From: Clostridia bacterium
Lineage (GTDB): Bacteria; Bacillota; Clostridia; Christensenellales; Borkfalkiaceae
NCBI GenBank assembly: GCA_017467275.1
Contig: JAFTSN010000028.1
Span: forward strand, 45,608-109,607
Direction of reading: 5' to 3'
Length of the DNA stretch: 64,000 bases
Numbering within the stretch: position 1 is the stretch's first letter; every line of letters begins with the position of its first letter. Below are positions 9,344 to 17,263 of the stretch, in pieces. A program made the position numbers and the translations under genes. Under the pieces are notes generated by a model. The model made no database searches. It saw only the letters and a list, made by a program, of their open reading frames with translations, and was not told where the DNA came from.

Positions 9344-10720
9344 TTAAAGCTGACCCGTGAGCGCGGAACGCGCAATTTCGGGGGTGGAGGATAGGAGAAA
9401 ACGCTTTTCACGTTCGGTTGCCGTTAGAAGGCTCAAAGCGGGGGATTCCGAAAGCGCGGAAAGGGCGGGGAAGCCGCCGTCGAAGAAGTTGAGCTGCTTC
9501 GCACTGTCCGAACGCTCCGCAGCGATTAGTCCGACTCGTATGGCGGCGGGGTTTTCTATACCGTTGAATTTGCCGTTACAAGTGATGAAATAGCGGGCGC
9601 GTTTTAAAACGATACGCATCTTTTTAAGGTCGTCGAAAGTGAGCTTGGTATATTTTCGCGCCGCCATGATTTTATAGGCGCCTTTGGTGCCCACGCCGGG
9701 AATACGCAATAACCGTTCCAAGGGCGCGGTGTTTATTTCGACGGGGAAAAATTCGGGATGTCGGAGTGCCCACGCGCATTTGGGGTCGTATTCCATGGGC
9801 AGATTTTCGCCCTCGGGCGCGATTTCGTCTGCCTCAAAGCCATAAAAGCGCAACAGCCAATCCGCTTGATAGAGGCGATGCTCGCGCAAAAGCCCCGTCG
9901 TTTCGTTCGGCAAAAGCGGATCGCGCACGACGGGGATATACGCCGAGAAATACACCCGTTTCAGATCGTATTTCCGATACAGGAACTCCGAGAGTTTCAA
10001 AATCGTCCCGTCTGTTTCGGGGGACGCGCCGACAATCATCTGCGTGGTCTGTCCCGCAGGCAAAAACCGTCCCGTGCCCTGGCGCTCCTCTTTGCCTGTG
10101 CGCTTCTTGTGCTCGAGCGCGAGCTCGCGCTTGGTGAGGGCGAGCGTCTGCATGGGCTTGAACACGCTCTCTTTCGTCTTTTGCGGCGCGAGGAGCTTCA
10201 AGCTCTGCTCGCTCGGCAGCTCGACGTTGTAGCTCATTCTGTCTGCTAGCGCCGCCGCGCGTTCGGTCAAGAGTTTGTCGGCGTGGGGGATGCCCTTTAA
10301 ATGAACGTAGCCGTTGAATTTATATTTGGTGCGTAAGAGGCGGAGCGTTTCATATAATCGTTCCATGGTGTAGTCGGGGCTTTTATACACGGCAGAGGAT
10401 AAAAAAAGCCCCTCGATATAGTTGCGCTGATAAAACGCCATGACGAGCTCGCACAGCTCCTCGGGCGAAACGCTCGCCCGAGCAACGTCTGCACTGCGCC
10501 GATTGGGACAATACTTGCAATCGAACACGCAATCGTTGGACATAAGGAGCTTTAGAAGGGAAATGCACCGCCCGTCCTGCGTGAACGAGTGGCAGATCCC
10601 GCCGTAAGAAGCGTTGCCGAGCCCGTCACGCGTGTTTTTGCGCCGCGAGCCCGAGGAGGAGCACGAAACGTCGTATTTCGCGCCGTCGGTTAAAATTTTC
10701 AGTCTTGCTTCGTCGATCAT
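9344..10720 (-). CDS. Putative DNA modification/repair radical SAM protein (TIGR03916-like)
   Basis: N-terminus KILTDGAKYDVSCSSSG, radical SAM cysteine cluster CVFDCKYCPN, and a C-terminal helix-hairpin-helix-like LLRIPGVGTKGAYKI. Confidence 0.8.
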   Translation of the reverse strand: MIDEARLKILTDGAKYDVSCSSSGSRRKNTRDGLGNASYGGICHSFTQDGRCISLLKLLMSNDCVFDCKYCPNRRSADVARASVSPEELCELVMAFYQRNYIEGLFLSSAVYKSPDYTMERLYETLRLLRTKYKFNGYVHLKGIPHADKLLTERAAALADRMSYNVELPSEQSLKLLAPQKTKESVFKPMQTLALTKRELALEHKKRTGKEERQGTGRFLPAGQTTQMIVGASPETDGTILKLSEFLYRKYDLKRVYFSAYIPVVRDPLLPNETTGLLREHRLYQADWLLRFYGFEADEIAPEGENLPMEYDPKCAWALRHPEFFPVEINTAPLERLLRIPGVGTKGAYKIMAARKYTKLTFDDLKKMRIVLKRARYFITCNGKFNGIENPAAIRVGLIAAERSDSAKQLNFFDGGFPALSALSESPALSLLTATEREKRFLLSSTPEIARSALTGQL

Positions 10721-10750
10721 AGCGTCCTTTCTCCCTTAAAGAGTATTTTT

Positions 10751-10790
10751 ATTGTAGCACGCAAAACACGAAAAGTCAAACATTTGTTCG
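10751..10790 (-). promoter_or_regulatory. Promoter of the radical-SAM operon overlapped by a LexA (Cheo)-like box
   Basis: Minus strand has TTGACT (10779-10774), a 17-nt spacer and TACAAT (10756-10751). Plus-strand CAAACATTTGTTCG (10777-10790) matches CGAACnnnnGTTCG at all but one arm position. Confidence 0.55.
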
Positions 10791-10822
10791 CTTATTTTTC
10801 ACAAAAATATCATAAAATCTCG

Positions 10823-10852
10823 TTGACAGACAGGGCGGCAGTGTGTTATAAT
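10823..10852 (+). promoter_or_regulatory. Promoter of the degV-family gene
   Basis: TTGACA (10823-10828), an 18-nt spacer ending in TGT, and TATAAT (10847-10852). Confidence 0.55.
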
Positions 10853-10902
10853 AATTTTGTCATAGTTTTTTATGATAAATTAGCCGATAAGGATTTCAAA
10901 AA

Positions 10903-11802
10903 ATGAAACTGTTTGACGTATCGAGCGACTCGACCTGCGATCTTTATAAAAAGGTCAGAGAGGAAAAGAATATTTGGTTTGTGCCGCTCACGTTTAATTT
11001 GGAAAAGAACGGAAAGCAGGAGGAATACCTCGACGAGTTTGACTCTTATGAGGACTATTTAGCTTTCTATCATAAGGTTCGCGACGGGGCGTTTCCCCGC
11101 ACGGCGATGCTCAATTACGACGCGCATTACAATCATTTCATAAAAATGGCGCAAGCGGGCGTGAAAGACGTTTTGCATTTTTCCATTTCTTCGGGGCTTG
11201 CGCGCACGGTCACGGTGGCTATGGAAGCAGCAGAGGCGGTGAAAAAGGAGTATCCCGAGTTCAACCTCTATTCCGTCGATCCGCTCACGGCGACGGTCGG
11301 GCAAGGGATTTTGGTGTCGCTTGCCTGCAAGTGGCGCGACGAGGGGAAAACGGCGAAAGAGACCTATGAATATTTGCTTGAGGCGCGTCTTCGCATTCAG
11401 CACTGCATTATTCCGAACGATTTGTTTTATTTAAAAAAGGGCGGCCGCGTTTCGGCGGCGTCTGCGGTGTTCGGCACGATGCTCAATATCAAGCCCATGC
11501 TCATTTTTGACTCCGAGGGTAAGCTTAAGGTGACGGAGAAATGCAAGGGGATGAAAAAGGCGTTTGCTTCGGTGATTGCCGCGATGGAAAGAGCGCCTGT
11601 GGACGAAAATAGAATGGCGGTTGTGGTGCACACGGACAACGAAGCGGGCGCAAAGGAGCTCGCCGCGTTGGTCGAGGCGCGGACGGGCGTGAAGCCCGAG
11701 ATCGTGATCATGGGTCCTGTGATCGGCGCGCACGTCGGTCCCGGTTCCGTCTCATGCGGTTGGCTCAGCACGGTTACAAGAAAGGAGCTTACGGGTTTTT
11801 AA
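10903..11802 (+). CDS. DegV-family fatty-acid-binding protein
   Basis: About 300 aa. The layout SDSTCDL ... HFSISSGLARTV ... GPVIGAHVGPGS is typical of DegV. Confidence 0.85.
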   Translation: MKLFDVSSDSTCDLYKKVREEKNIWFVPLTFNLEKNGKQEEYLDEFDSYEDYLAFYHKVRDGAFPRTAMLNYDAHYNHFIKMAQAGVKDVLHFSISSGLARTVTVAMEAAEAVKKEYPEFNLYSVDPLTATVGQGILVSLACKWRDEGKTAKETYEYLLEARLRIQHCIIPNDLFYLKKGGRVSAASAVFGTMLNIKPMLIFDSEGKLKVTEKCKGMKKAFASVIAAMERAPVDENRMAVVVHTDNEAGAKELAALVEARTGVKPEIVIMGPVIGAHVGPGSVSCGWLSTVTRKELTGF

Positions 11803-11815
11803 AAAATGGAAAAAG

Positions 11816-11844
11816 CGAAAAACTTTACGGTTTTTCGTTTTTTT
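11816..11844 (+). terminator. Intrinsic terminator after degV
   Basis: Stem cgaaaaac / gtttttcg followed by T7. Confidence 0.65.
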
Positions 11845-11856
11845 GTGCCAAAATTC

Positions 11857-11885
11857 TTGCCTGTAAGCGATTTTTAGGGTATAAT
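11857..11885 (+). promoter_or_regulatory. Candidate promoter of the cobalamin-riboswitch transcript
   Basis: TTGCCT (11857-11862), a 17-nt spacer and TATAAT (11880-11885). Confidence 0.45.
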
Positions 11886-11928
11886 AGAACTATACCTCTC
11901 GTATGATAATGACGACGAGGAGAAAAGA

Positions 11929-11977
11929 GCCGAAAATCCGCATTTGAGGCGGGTTCGGGTTATTCCTTTATAGTATA
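11929..11977 (-). repeat. Intergenic repeat copy A (about 49 nt)
   Basis: Minus strand reads TATACTATAAAGGAATAACCCGAACCCGCCTCAAATGCGGATTTTCGGC. By eye, about 44 of 49 positions match copy B at 23218-23265. Confidence 0.7.
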
Positions 11978-11992
11978 ATTGAAAAACGAACG

Positions 11993-12182
11993 TGCGGTAC
12001 GCTCCTTTGTCGGGGCGTTTAATAGGGAAGAGAGAAATTGCTCCGCTGCCCCCGCAACCGTAAGGGCGTCTTGCTTTCGTTCACTGAGTAAAATCGGGAA
12101 GGACGGGGGCAGGTATGGAATCAAAACGTGATTCTTGCCAAGGCGCCGTAAGTCGGGAGACCTGCCGAACGTTTGTAAAAGC
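11993..12182 (+). promoter_or_regulatory. Cobalamin (B12) riboswitch
   Basis: Conserved blocks AATAGGGAAG, GCTGCCCCCGCAACCGTAA, CACTG...GGGAAGG, and B12-box-like AGTCGGGAGACCTGCC. A terminator hairpin lies downstream. Confidence 0.85.
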
Positions 12183-12272
12183 CGATTTTTTCCGAGGGGA
12201 GGCGGAAGGAACGGAAGGACGGTGTTCGCCCGTAGTATGGGGCGGCGGTTTTTATGCGTTCGGATATTTTTG

Positions 12273-12301
12273 CCTCTCCTAAGTTTAGGAGAGGTTTTTT
12301 T
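12273..12301 (+). terminator. Riboswitch expression-platform terminator
   Basis: Perfect stem cctctcctaa / ttaggagagg followed by T7, just upstream of the RBS of the next gene. Confidence 0.75.
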
Positions 12302-12319
12302 GAAAGAAAGGAGGGTTTT

Positions 12320-12778
12320 ATGAAACTTTTTGGCAAAATGAAAAAGGCGACTTTTTATTTGTTGGGCGCGCTGCTCACGCTTGCGCTTGCCGCGCTTACG
12401 GCGTGCGGAGGGCAGAAACCTAAGGTCGTTTCGGTGGACGAAAACTCCGTGATTATCCGTCCCGATAAAAATGTTCTCGAGATAACGGAGACAACCACCC
12501 TGACCGATTACCTGAACGCGCTTAACGATAAGGGCATGGTCGGGTTTGAGTACGTGATCGAGAACGGCATGGTCGTTTCCATGAACGGACTTAAGCAAAA
12601 TAATGCGGAGAGCAAGTTTTGGATGCTCTACACCTCCGACGCGGAAAAGAGCAACACGGCTTGGGGGGTTCTCGAATACGACGGTAAGCAATACGGCAGC
12701 GCGACGGTGGGTGCAAGTGAGCTGATCATCAAAGAGGGCGAGACGTATATTTGGTGCTATCAAAAAGTGAGCTATTAA
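12320..12778 (+). CDS. DUF4430-like (transcobalamin-like) lipoprotein, candidate B12-binding protein
   Basis: AAAGGAGGG RBS and ATG 12320. Lipobox LTACGG. C-terminal part FWMLYTSD...GASELIIKEGETYIWCYQK resembles DUF4430. It is under the B12 riboswitch. Confidence 0.7.
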   Translation: MKLFGKMKKATFYLLGALLTLALAALTACGGQKPKVVSVDENSVIIRPDKNVLEITETTTLTDYLNALNDKGMVGFEYVIENGMVVSMNGLKQNNAESKFWMLYTSDAEKSNTAWGVLEYDGKQYGSATVGASELIIKEGETYIWCYQKVSY

Positions 12779-12782
12779 GGGT

Positions 12783-13376
12783 ATGTCGGACAAAGCCATG
12801 AACAAAAACCGCCGAGAGGGTGCGGCGAAAAAAATTGCGATACGGTCGGCAAAAGAAGTGGCTTTTCCGTCCGTTTTCGTTGCGCTTACGATTGGCGCGC
12901 AGGCGGTTTTTGCGGCGGTTCCCGGGGTGGAGCTTGTGACCGTTTTGTTCGTGTGCTACGCGTTTTCATTCGGCGTGCGCCGCGGGATTATCGCTGCGAC
13001 GGCGTTTTCGCTTTTAAGGTGTCTTGTGTTTGGGTTTACGCCTACGGTGATTATACTCTATCTTATCTATTATAACCTGTTGGCTGTTGTGTTCGGATTC
13101 GTCGGGTTTTGGGCGAAAGGGCGGGAGGGCTGGCAACGCTTCGTCTTTCTCGCCGTGCCGCTTGCTTGCGTTTGCACCGTCTTTTTCACGCTTTTGGATT
13201 GCGTGATCACGCCCGTTTGGTACAGGTTTACGGTGGGGGCAGCCAAAGCGTATTTCATTGCTTCGTTGCCCTTTATGATTCCGCAGGTCGTTTTTGCGGG
13301 GGTGAGTGTGGGGGTGTTGTTCGTGCCCCTTTCAGGGGCGTTTCTTCTATCGGCTCGTTTTTTGAATAAGCGGTGA
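12783..13376 (+). CDS. ECF-transporter S-component-like membrane protein (candidate cobalamin S component, CbrT-like)
   Basis: About 197 aa with 5-6 hydrophobic helices, in an operon with the riboswitch and the DUF4430 gene. The start codon is uncertain. Confidence 0.55.
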   Translation: MSDKAMNKNRREGAAKKIAIRSAKEVAFPSVFVALTIGAQAVFAAVPGVELVTVLFVCYAFSFGVRRGIIAATAFSLLRCLVFGFTPTVIILYLIYYNLLAVVFGFVGFWAKGREGWQRFVFLAVPLACVCTVFFTLLDCVITPVWYRFTVGAAKAYFIASLPFMIPQVVFAGVSVGVLFVPLSGAFLLSARFLNKR

Positions 13377-13402
13377 AAGACGCAGGAAATTTCCTCACGC
13401 GA

Positions 13403-13431
13403 TTGACAAGCGTTGCATAGTATGCTATAAT
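13403..13431 (+). promoter_or_regulatory. glyA promoter
   Basis: TTGACA (13403-13408), a 17-nt spacer and TATAAT (13426-13431). Confidence 0.6.
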
Positions 13432-13472
13432 GGAAAAAAGGACCGCCGACGGCGGAAAAAGGAGAACACCTT

Positions 13473-14723
13473 ATGATCGATTTGTCTGCTATTAAAAACG
13501 TTGATGCCGAGCTCTATGAAGCCATGGACGGGGAGCTTGCCCGTCAGCGCGGGAATATTGAGCTGATTGCCAGCGAAAACATTGTTTCACCTGCGGTGCT
13601 TGCCGCCGTCGGGTCGCATTTCACGAATAAATATGCCGAGGGTTTGCCCGCAAAACGGTACTACGGCGGCTGCGCCTACGTCGACGTTGCGGAGAATCTT
13701 GCGCGTGAGCGGCTGAAAGAATTGTTTGGCTGCGAGCATGCGAACGTGCAACCGCACAGCGGCGCGCAAGCGAATTTCGGCGTGTATTTTGCCATGCTTA
13801 AGCCCGGCGATACGATCATGGGCATGAATCTTTCCCACGGCGGACATCTCACGCACGGTTCGCCTGTGAATATTTCGGGTACGTATTTCAACATCGTGCC
13901 TTACGGCGTTTCTCCCGAGACGGAGACGATCGACTATGACGAAATGGAGCGCATTGCTCTTGAGAGTAAACCGAAAATGATTGTCGCAGGCGCGAGCGCG
14001 TATCCGCGCGTGATCGATTTCAAACGTATTCGCGAGATTGCGGATAAGGTGGGCGCGTATATGATGGTGGATATCGCGCATATCGCGGGACTCATTGCGG
14101 CGGGCGTGCATCCTTCGCCTGTGCCGTATGCCGATTTTGTCACGACAACCACGCACAAGACCTTACGCGGACCGCGCGGCGGCGTGATTATGTGTAAGGA
14201 AAAATACGCCAAACAGATTGATAAAGCTATGTTCCCCGGTACGCAGGGTGGACCGTTGATGCACGTGATCGCAGGGAAAGCGGTCGCGTTCAAGGAGGCG
14301 CTTTCGCCCGCGTTCAAGGAGTATCAAAAGCAGGTTGTGAAAAACGCGCAGGCGATGGCAAAAGCGTTTATAGACGAGGGCATTCGCCTTGTTTCGGGCG
14401 GTACGGACAATCACTTGATGCTCGTCGATCTGACGGGTACGGGCGTGACGGGCAAGGAGCTCGAATTTATGCTCGACGAAGTGAATATCACGGTCAATAA
14501 GAATACCATACCGTTTGAGACGACCTCGCCGTTTATCACAAGCGGGATCCGCGTGGGGACGCCCGCCGTCACGACGAGAGGCTTTAAAGAGGAGGACTGC
14601 GCGGCTGTTGCAAAGCTGATTACCCGCGTGATCCGTGAAAAGGAGGCATGCTACGGCGAGGTGCGGGCGGCGGTCAAAGCACTTTGCGCTCGTTTCCCGC
14701 TCTATGAAAATGATATTTTGTGA
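13473..14723 (+). CDS. glyA: Serine hydroxymethyltransferase
   Basis: Full-length SHMT with the PLP-lysine motif [13 protein letters not shown]. Confidence 0.95.
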   Translation: MIDLSAIKNVDAELYEAMDGELARQRGNIELIASENIVSPAVLAAVGSHFTNKYAEGLPAKRYYGGCAYVDVAENLARERLKELFGCEHANVQPHSGAQANFGVYFAMLKPGDTIMGMNLSHGGHLTHGSPVNISGTYFNIVPYGVSPETETIDYDEMERIALESKPKMIVAGASAYPRVIDFKRIREIADKVGAYMMVDIAHIAGLIAAGVHPSPVPYADFVTTTTHKTLRGPRGGVIMCKEKYAKQIDKAMFPGTQGGPLMHVIAGKAVAFKEALSPAFKEYQKQVVKNAQAMAKAFIDEGIRLVSGGTDNHLMLVDLTGTGVTGKELEFMLDEVNITVNKNTIPFETTSPFITSGIRVGTPAVTTRGFKEEDCAAVAKLITRVIREKEACYGEVRAAVKALCARFPLYENDIL

Positions 14724-14730
14724 AAAAATG

Positions 14731-14759
14731 TTGACAAACGCATAGTCAAGTGATATAAT
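14731..14759 (+). promoter_or_regulatory. Promoter of the FMN-riboswitch transcript
   Basis: TTGACA (14731-14736), a 17-nt spacer and TATAAT (14754-14759). Confidence 0.6.
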
Positions 14760-14773
14760 AAGGAAAAATTAAA

Positions 14774-14896
14774 TTCTTTGGGGCGAGGCGAAATTCCTCA
14801 CCGGCAGTCAAAGTCTGCGAAGAATACGCGAATTAGCGTATTCCCGAATCGGTGAAATTCCGATACCGACGGTTATAGTCCGGACGAGAAAAGAAA
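14774..14896 (+). promoter_or_regulatory. FMN riboswitch (RFN element)
   Basis: Blocks GGGGCGAGGCGAAATTCCTCACCGGCAG, GGTGAAATTCCGATACCGACGGTTATAGTCCGGACGAG, and closing helix ttctttg / gaaaagaa. Confidence 0.88.
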
Positions 14897-14932
14897 CGCG
14901 CGTCTTTTTGCCGTGAATTTTAAAATTGGTAT

Positions 14933-14963
14933 GCCCCGATGAGCTTTCATCGGGGCGTTTTTT
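14933..14963 (+). terminator. FMN riboswitch terminator
   Basis: Stem gccccgatga / tcatcggggc followed by GTTTTTT. It overlaps the ORF-track start at 14939, which argues for a later start codon. Confidence 0.8.
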
Positions 14964-14974
14964 GGGAGGTTTTT

Positions 14975-15673
14975 ATGCAAGAGGAAGCTTTTAACGGAGA
15001 GGAAATCTCTGAAACGGCGGGGGCAGGGACGGATTTAAGCTCCGAGGAATCGCAGACGGCGGGGGCAGGGACGAGAGGAAAGAAAAGCTTTAAGGAGCTC
15101 GTTCGGACGCGGTTTACGAGCAAACGAATCGCGCTTATGGCGATTTTCGTCGCGCTGTCGTATGCGGTCAGTTTTCTTGAAATTCCCATGCCGTTGTTTG
15201 GTGCGCAATTTTTGAAGTTGGATTTCGGAAATGTTTTTATCGTGCTCATTTCTTTCTTGCTTGGACCTGTGGAGGGGGTGCTCGTTTGTCTTTTGAAAGA
15301 AGCGTTGCGCTGTTTGACCTCTGGTTCCATGTGTGCGGGAGAGTTGGCGAATTTTTTAATTACGAGCTCGTATCTGTTGTTACCGTCGATTTTTTATCAA
15401 TACCGAAAAGGACTGAAAACGGTCGTGTTTTCGTTGCTTGTATCCTGCATGATTGCGTCGGGGATAGCTCTCCTTGCTAATCGATTTATTATCTTTCCGA
15501 CGTTTGCGTTTCTTTTGGACGGGAGTATTTACGGTATGTCGATAGAGGAGGCATTTTCAGCGTTTTGGGTAGCGGTGTTGCTTTTCAACCTCATAAAAAC
15601 GATGGCGATTGGGCTTTTGACAATGCTTGTTTATAAGCGTCTTTCCAATTTCCTTAAAAGAATGAAAATTTAG
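14975..15673 (+). CDS. ribU: Riboflavin transporter RibU (ECF S component) with an N-terminal extension of about 45 aa
   Basis: GGGAGG RBS before ATG 14975. Motif LKLDFGNVFIVLISFLLGPVEG resembles B. subtilis RibU. It lies downstream of the FMN riboswitch. Confidence 0.8.
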   Translation: MQEEAFNGEEISETAGAGTDLSSEESQTAGAGTRGKKSFKELVRTRFTSKRIALMAIFVALSYAVSFLEIPMPLFGAQFLKLDFGNVFIVLISFLLGPVEGVLVCLLKEALRCLTSGSMCAGELANFLITSSYLLLPSIFYQYRKGLKTVVFSLLVSCMIASGIALLANRFIIFPTFAFLLDGSIYGMSIEEAFSAFWVAVLLFNLIKTMAIGLLTMLVYKRLSNFLKRMKI

Positions 15674-15703
15674 CGGGAGAGAGTAAAAGTTTGCAAAAAA
15701 CTA

Positions 15704-15742
15704 TTGCAAAAAATCGCCATACGTATTATAATATACGTATGG
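15704..15742 (+). promoter_or_regulatory. Internal promoter with a 10-bp inverted repeat flanking the -10 box, at the tsaE start
   Basis: TTGCAA (15704-15709), a 17-nt spacer and TATAAT (15727-15732). CCATACGTAT (15717-15726) and ATACGTATGG (15733-15742) are perfect inverted repeats. The right arm contains ATG 15739. Confidence 0.5.
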
Positions 15743-16140
15743 CAGTTTTTATTTCACGTTCGCGCGAGGAAACGGAAGCGTTCGCGGCGGACTATGCGAA
15801 AACTTTATCCGCGGGAGACGTTGTCATTCTAGACGGCGATATGGGCGCGGGCAAGACCGTCTTTTCCAAGGGCGTTGCAAAGGGGCTGGGAATCGAGGAA
15901 GAAGTCACCAGTCCGACCTATGCCTATATGAATGACTACGACGGTAGGCTTTTTCACTACGATTGCTACCGCATCGAATCGGTTGAACAGGCGGAAAATC
16001 TGGGGCTTGCCGACTATTTTGACGCGGGCGGGATATGTCTTATCGAATGGGCGCAGAATATTGCGCCGCTCATTCCCCCGTATGCAAAGCGGGTAAAGAT
16101 TAAAAAAATCGACGAAGAGAAAAGGGAGATAGAATATTGA
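15739..16140 (+). CDS. tsaE: tRNA t6A37 biosynthesis ATPase TsaE
   Basis: P-loop GDMGAGKT. Start ATG 15739 gives a canonical N-terminal length. An alternative TTG at 15691 has a GGGAGAG RBS. Confidence 0.8.
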   Translation: MAVFISRSREETEAFAADYAKTLSAGDVVILDGDMGAGKTVFSKGVAKGLGIEEEVTSPTYAYMNDYDGRLFHYDCYRIESVEQAENLGLADYFDAGGICLIEWAQNIAPLIPPYAKRVKIKKIDEEKREIEY

Positions 16141-16796
16141 AAAACTTTCTCGCCGTGGACACGGGGTCAAAATATATGACCGTCCTTGCCGTTAAGGACG
16201 GGAAGCGAACGGCAATTTTTGAGCCCGATTGCTCTATGAGGCATTCCGTCAAGCTCATGAATGCCGTGGACGAGGTCTTAAAAAGAGCGGATGCGAGCTT
16301 GGAAGATTTCGACTTTTTTGCGTGCGTTGTCGGCGCGGGATCGTTTACGGGCATCCGCATCGGGATTTCCACGGTCAAGGGCTTTTCCTCCTCGACGGGG
16401 AAGCCTACGCTCCCTGTCACTTCCTTTGATTTGGCGGCATATAATGTGAAAGAAGCGCGCGGCGAGAGCGGCAAGATTCTCGTCCTTTGCGACGCGCTCC
16501 ACAGCGCTTATTACGCCTGCGGCTACGACGAGCAAAACCGCGTGATCCTGTCCCCTGCCTATTTGACGGAAAACGAGGTGCTTGCGTTGAAAGAGGAAGG
16601 ATTTTTGCTCGTTTCTCTCGAGCAAGTGCCGATGGAAACACGGCTTGTTGACCCCGCTGAGGGATTATATAAGGCGGCGGTCGCTCTGTCGGAACAGGTG
16701 GAGAAATTCGGGGAGCTGAACGCGCTCTACGTCCGCAAGAGCCAAGCGGAAATCAATCTTGAGGAAGCTCAAAAAAAGGCGGGAGGGGAAATATGA
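16137..16796 (+). CDS. tsaB: tRNA t6A37 biosynthesis protein TsaB
   Basis: Motifs AVDTGSKYMTV and GAGSFTGIRIG. The TTG start overlaps the tsaE stop. Confidence 0.85.
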   Translation: MKNFLAVDTGSKYMTVLAVKDGKRTAIFEPDCSMRHSVKLMNAVDEVLKRADASLEDFDFFACVVGAGSFTGIRIGISTVKGFSSSTGKPTLPVTSFDLAAYNVKEARGESGKILVLCDALHSAYYACGYDEQNRVILSPAYLTENEVLALKEEGFLLVSLEQVPMETRLVDPAEGLYKAAVALSEQVEKFGELNALYVRKSQAEINLEEAQKKAGGEI

Positions 16797-17233
16797 TCTA
16801 CCGCGAATGGACGGCGGAGGATATCCCTAATATTGCCGCGCTGGAAAAGGAGTGTTTTTCCGACCCTTGGAATATGCGCATGTTTGCGGACGCCTTTTCC
16901 TCCGATCTCTTTTTCGGCGTGCTTGCAGAGGAGGATGGAGAGATCGTCGGCTATGCGCTCGAAACGGTGCTGTTCGAGGATGCCGAGATCGCAAACGTGG
17001 CGGTTAAATTTACCCACAGAAGAAAGGGGCTTGCTGGAGAGATGATGGACCGTCTTGAGGGCGAAGCGGCGCGTCGGGGCGCGGAACGCTCGCTTTTGGA
17101 GGTGCGCGTATCCAACGCGCCCGCCATGGGTTTATATAAAAAGCGCGGCTATACGGGCGTTCGCGTACGTTCAAGATATTATCCCGACGGCGAGGACGCG
17201 CTCGTTATGCAAAAGTGTTTGCTCGGGGAGTGA
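16793..17233 (+). CDS. rimI: Ribosomal-protein-alanine N-acetyltransferase RimI (GNAT)
   Basis: GNAT motif HRRKGLAGEMM and the conserved tsaE-tsaB-rimI order. Confidence 0.8.
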   Translation: MIYREWTAEDIPNIAALEKECFSDPWNMRMFADAFSSDLFFGVLAEEDGEIVGYALETVLFEDAEIANVAVKFTHRRKGLAGEMMDRLEGEAARRGAERSLLEVRVSNAPAMGLYKKRGYTGVRVRSRYYPDGEDALVMQKCLLGE

Positions 17234-17263
17234 AAGGGAGGAAACATTACGGCTGAATTCCGA

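Noticed and set aside
11960-12805. 281-aa minus-strand ORF
   Set aside because: It spans the cobalamin riboswitch, its terminator and the DUF4430 gene on the opposite strand. The conserved riboswitch blocks and the RBS-supported plus-strand genes explain the region.
15014-15073. Repeated 18-mer considered as a possible CRISPR or minisatellite
   Set aside because: There are only two copies, in frame, inside the ribU coding region. It is reported as a small coding duplication, not an array.
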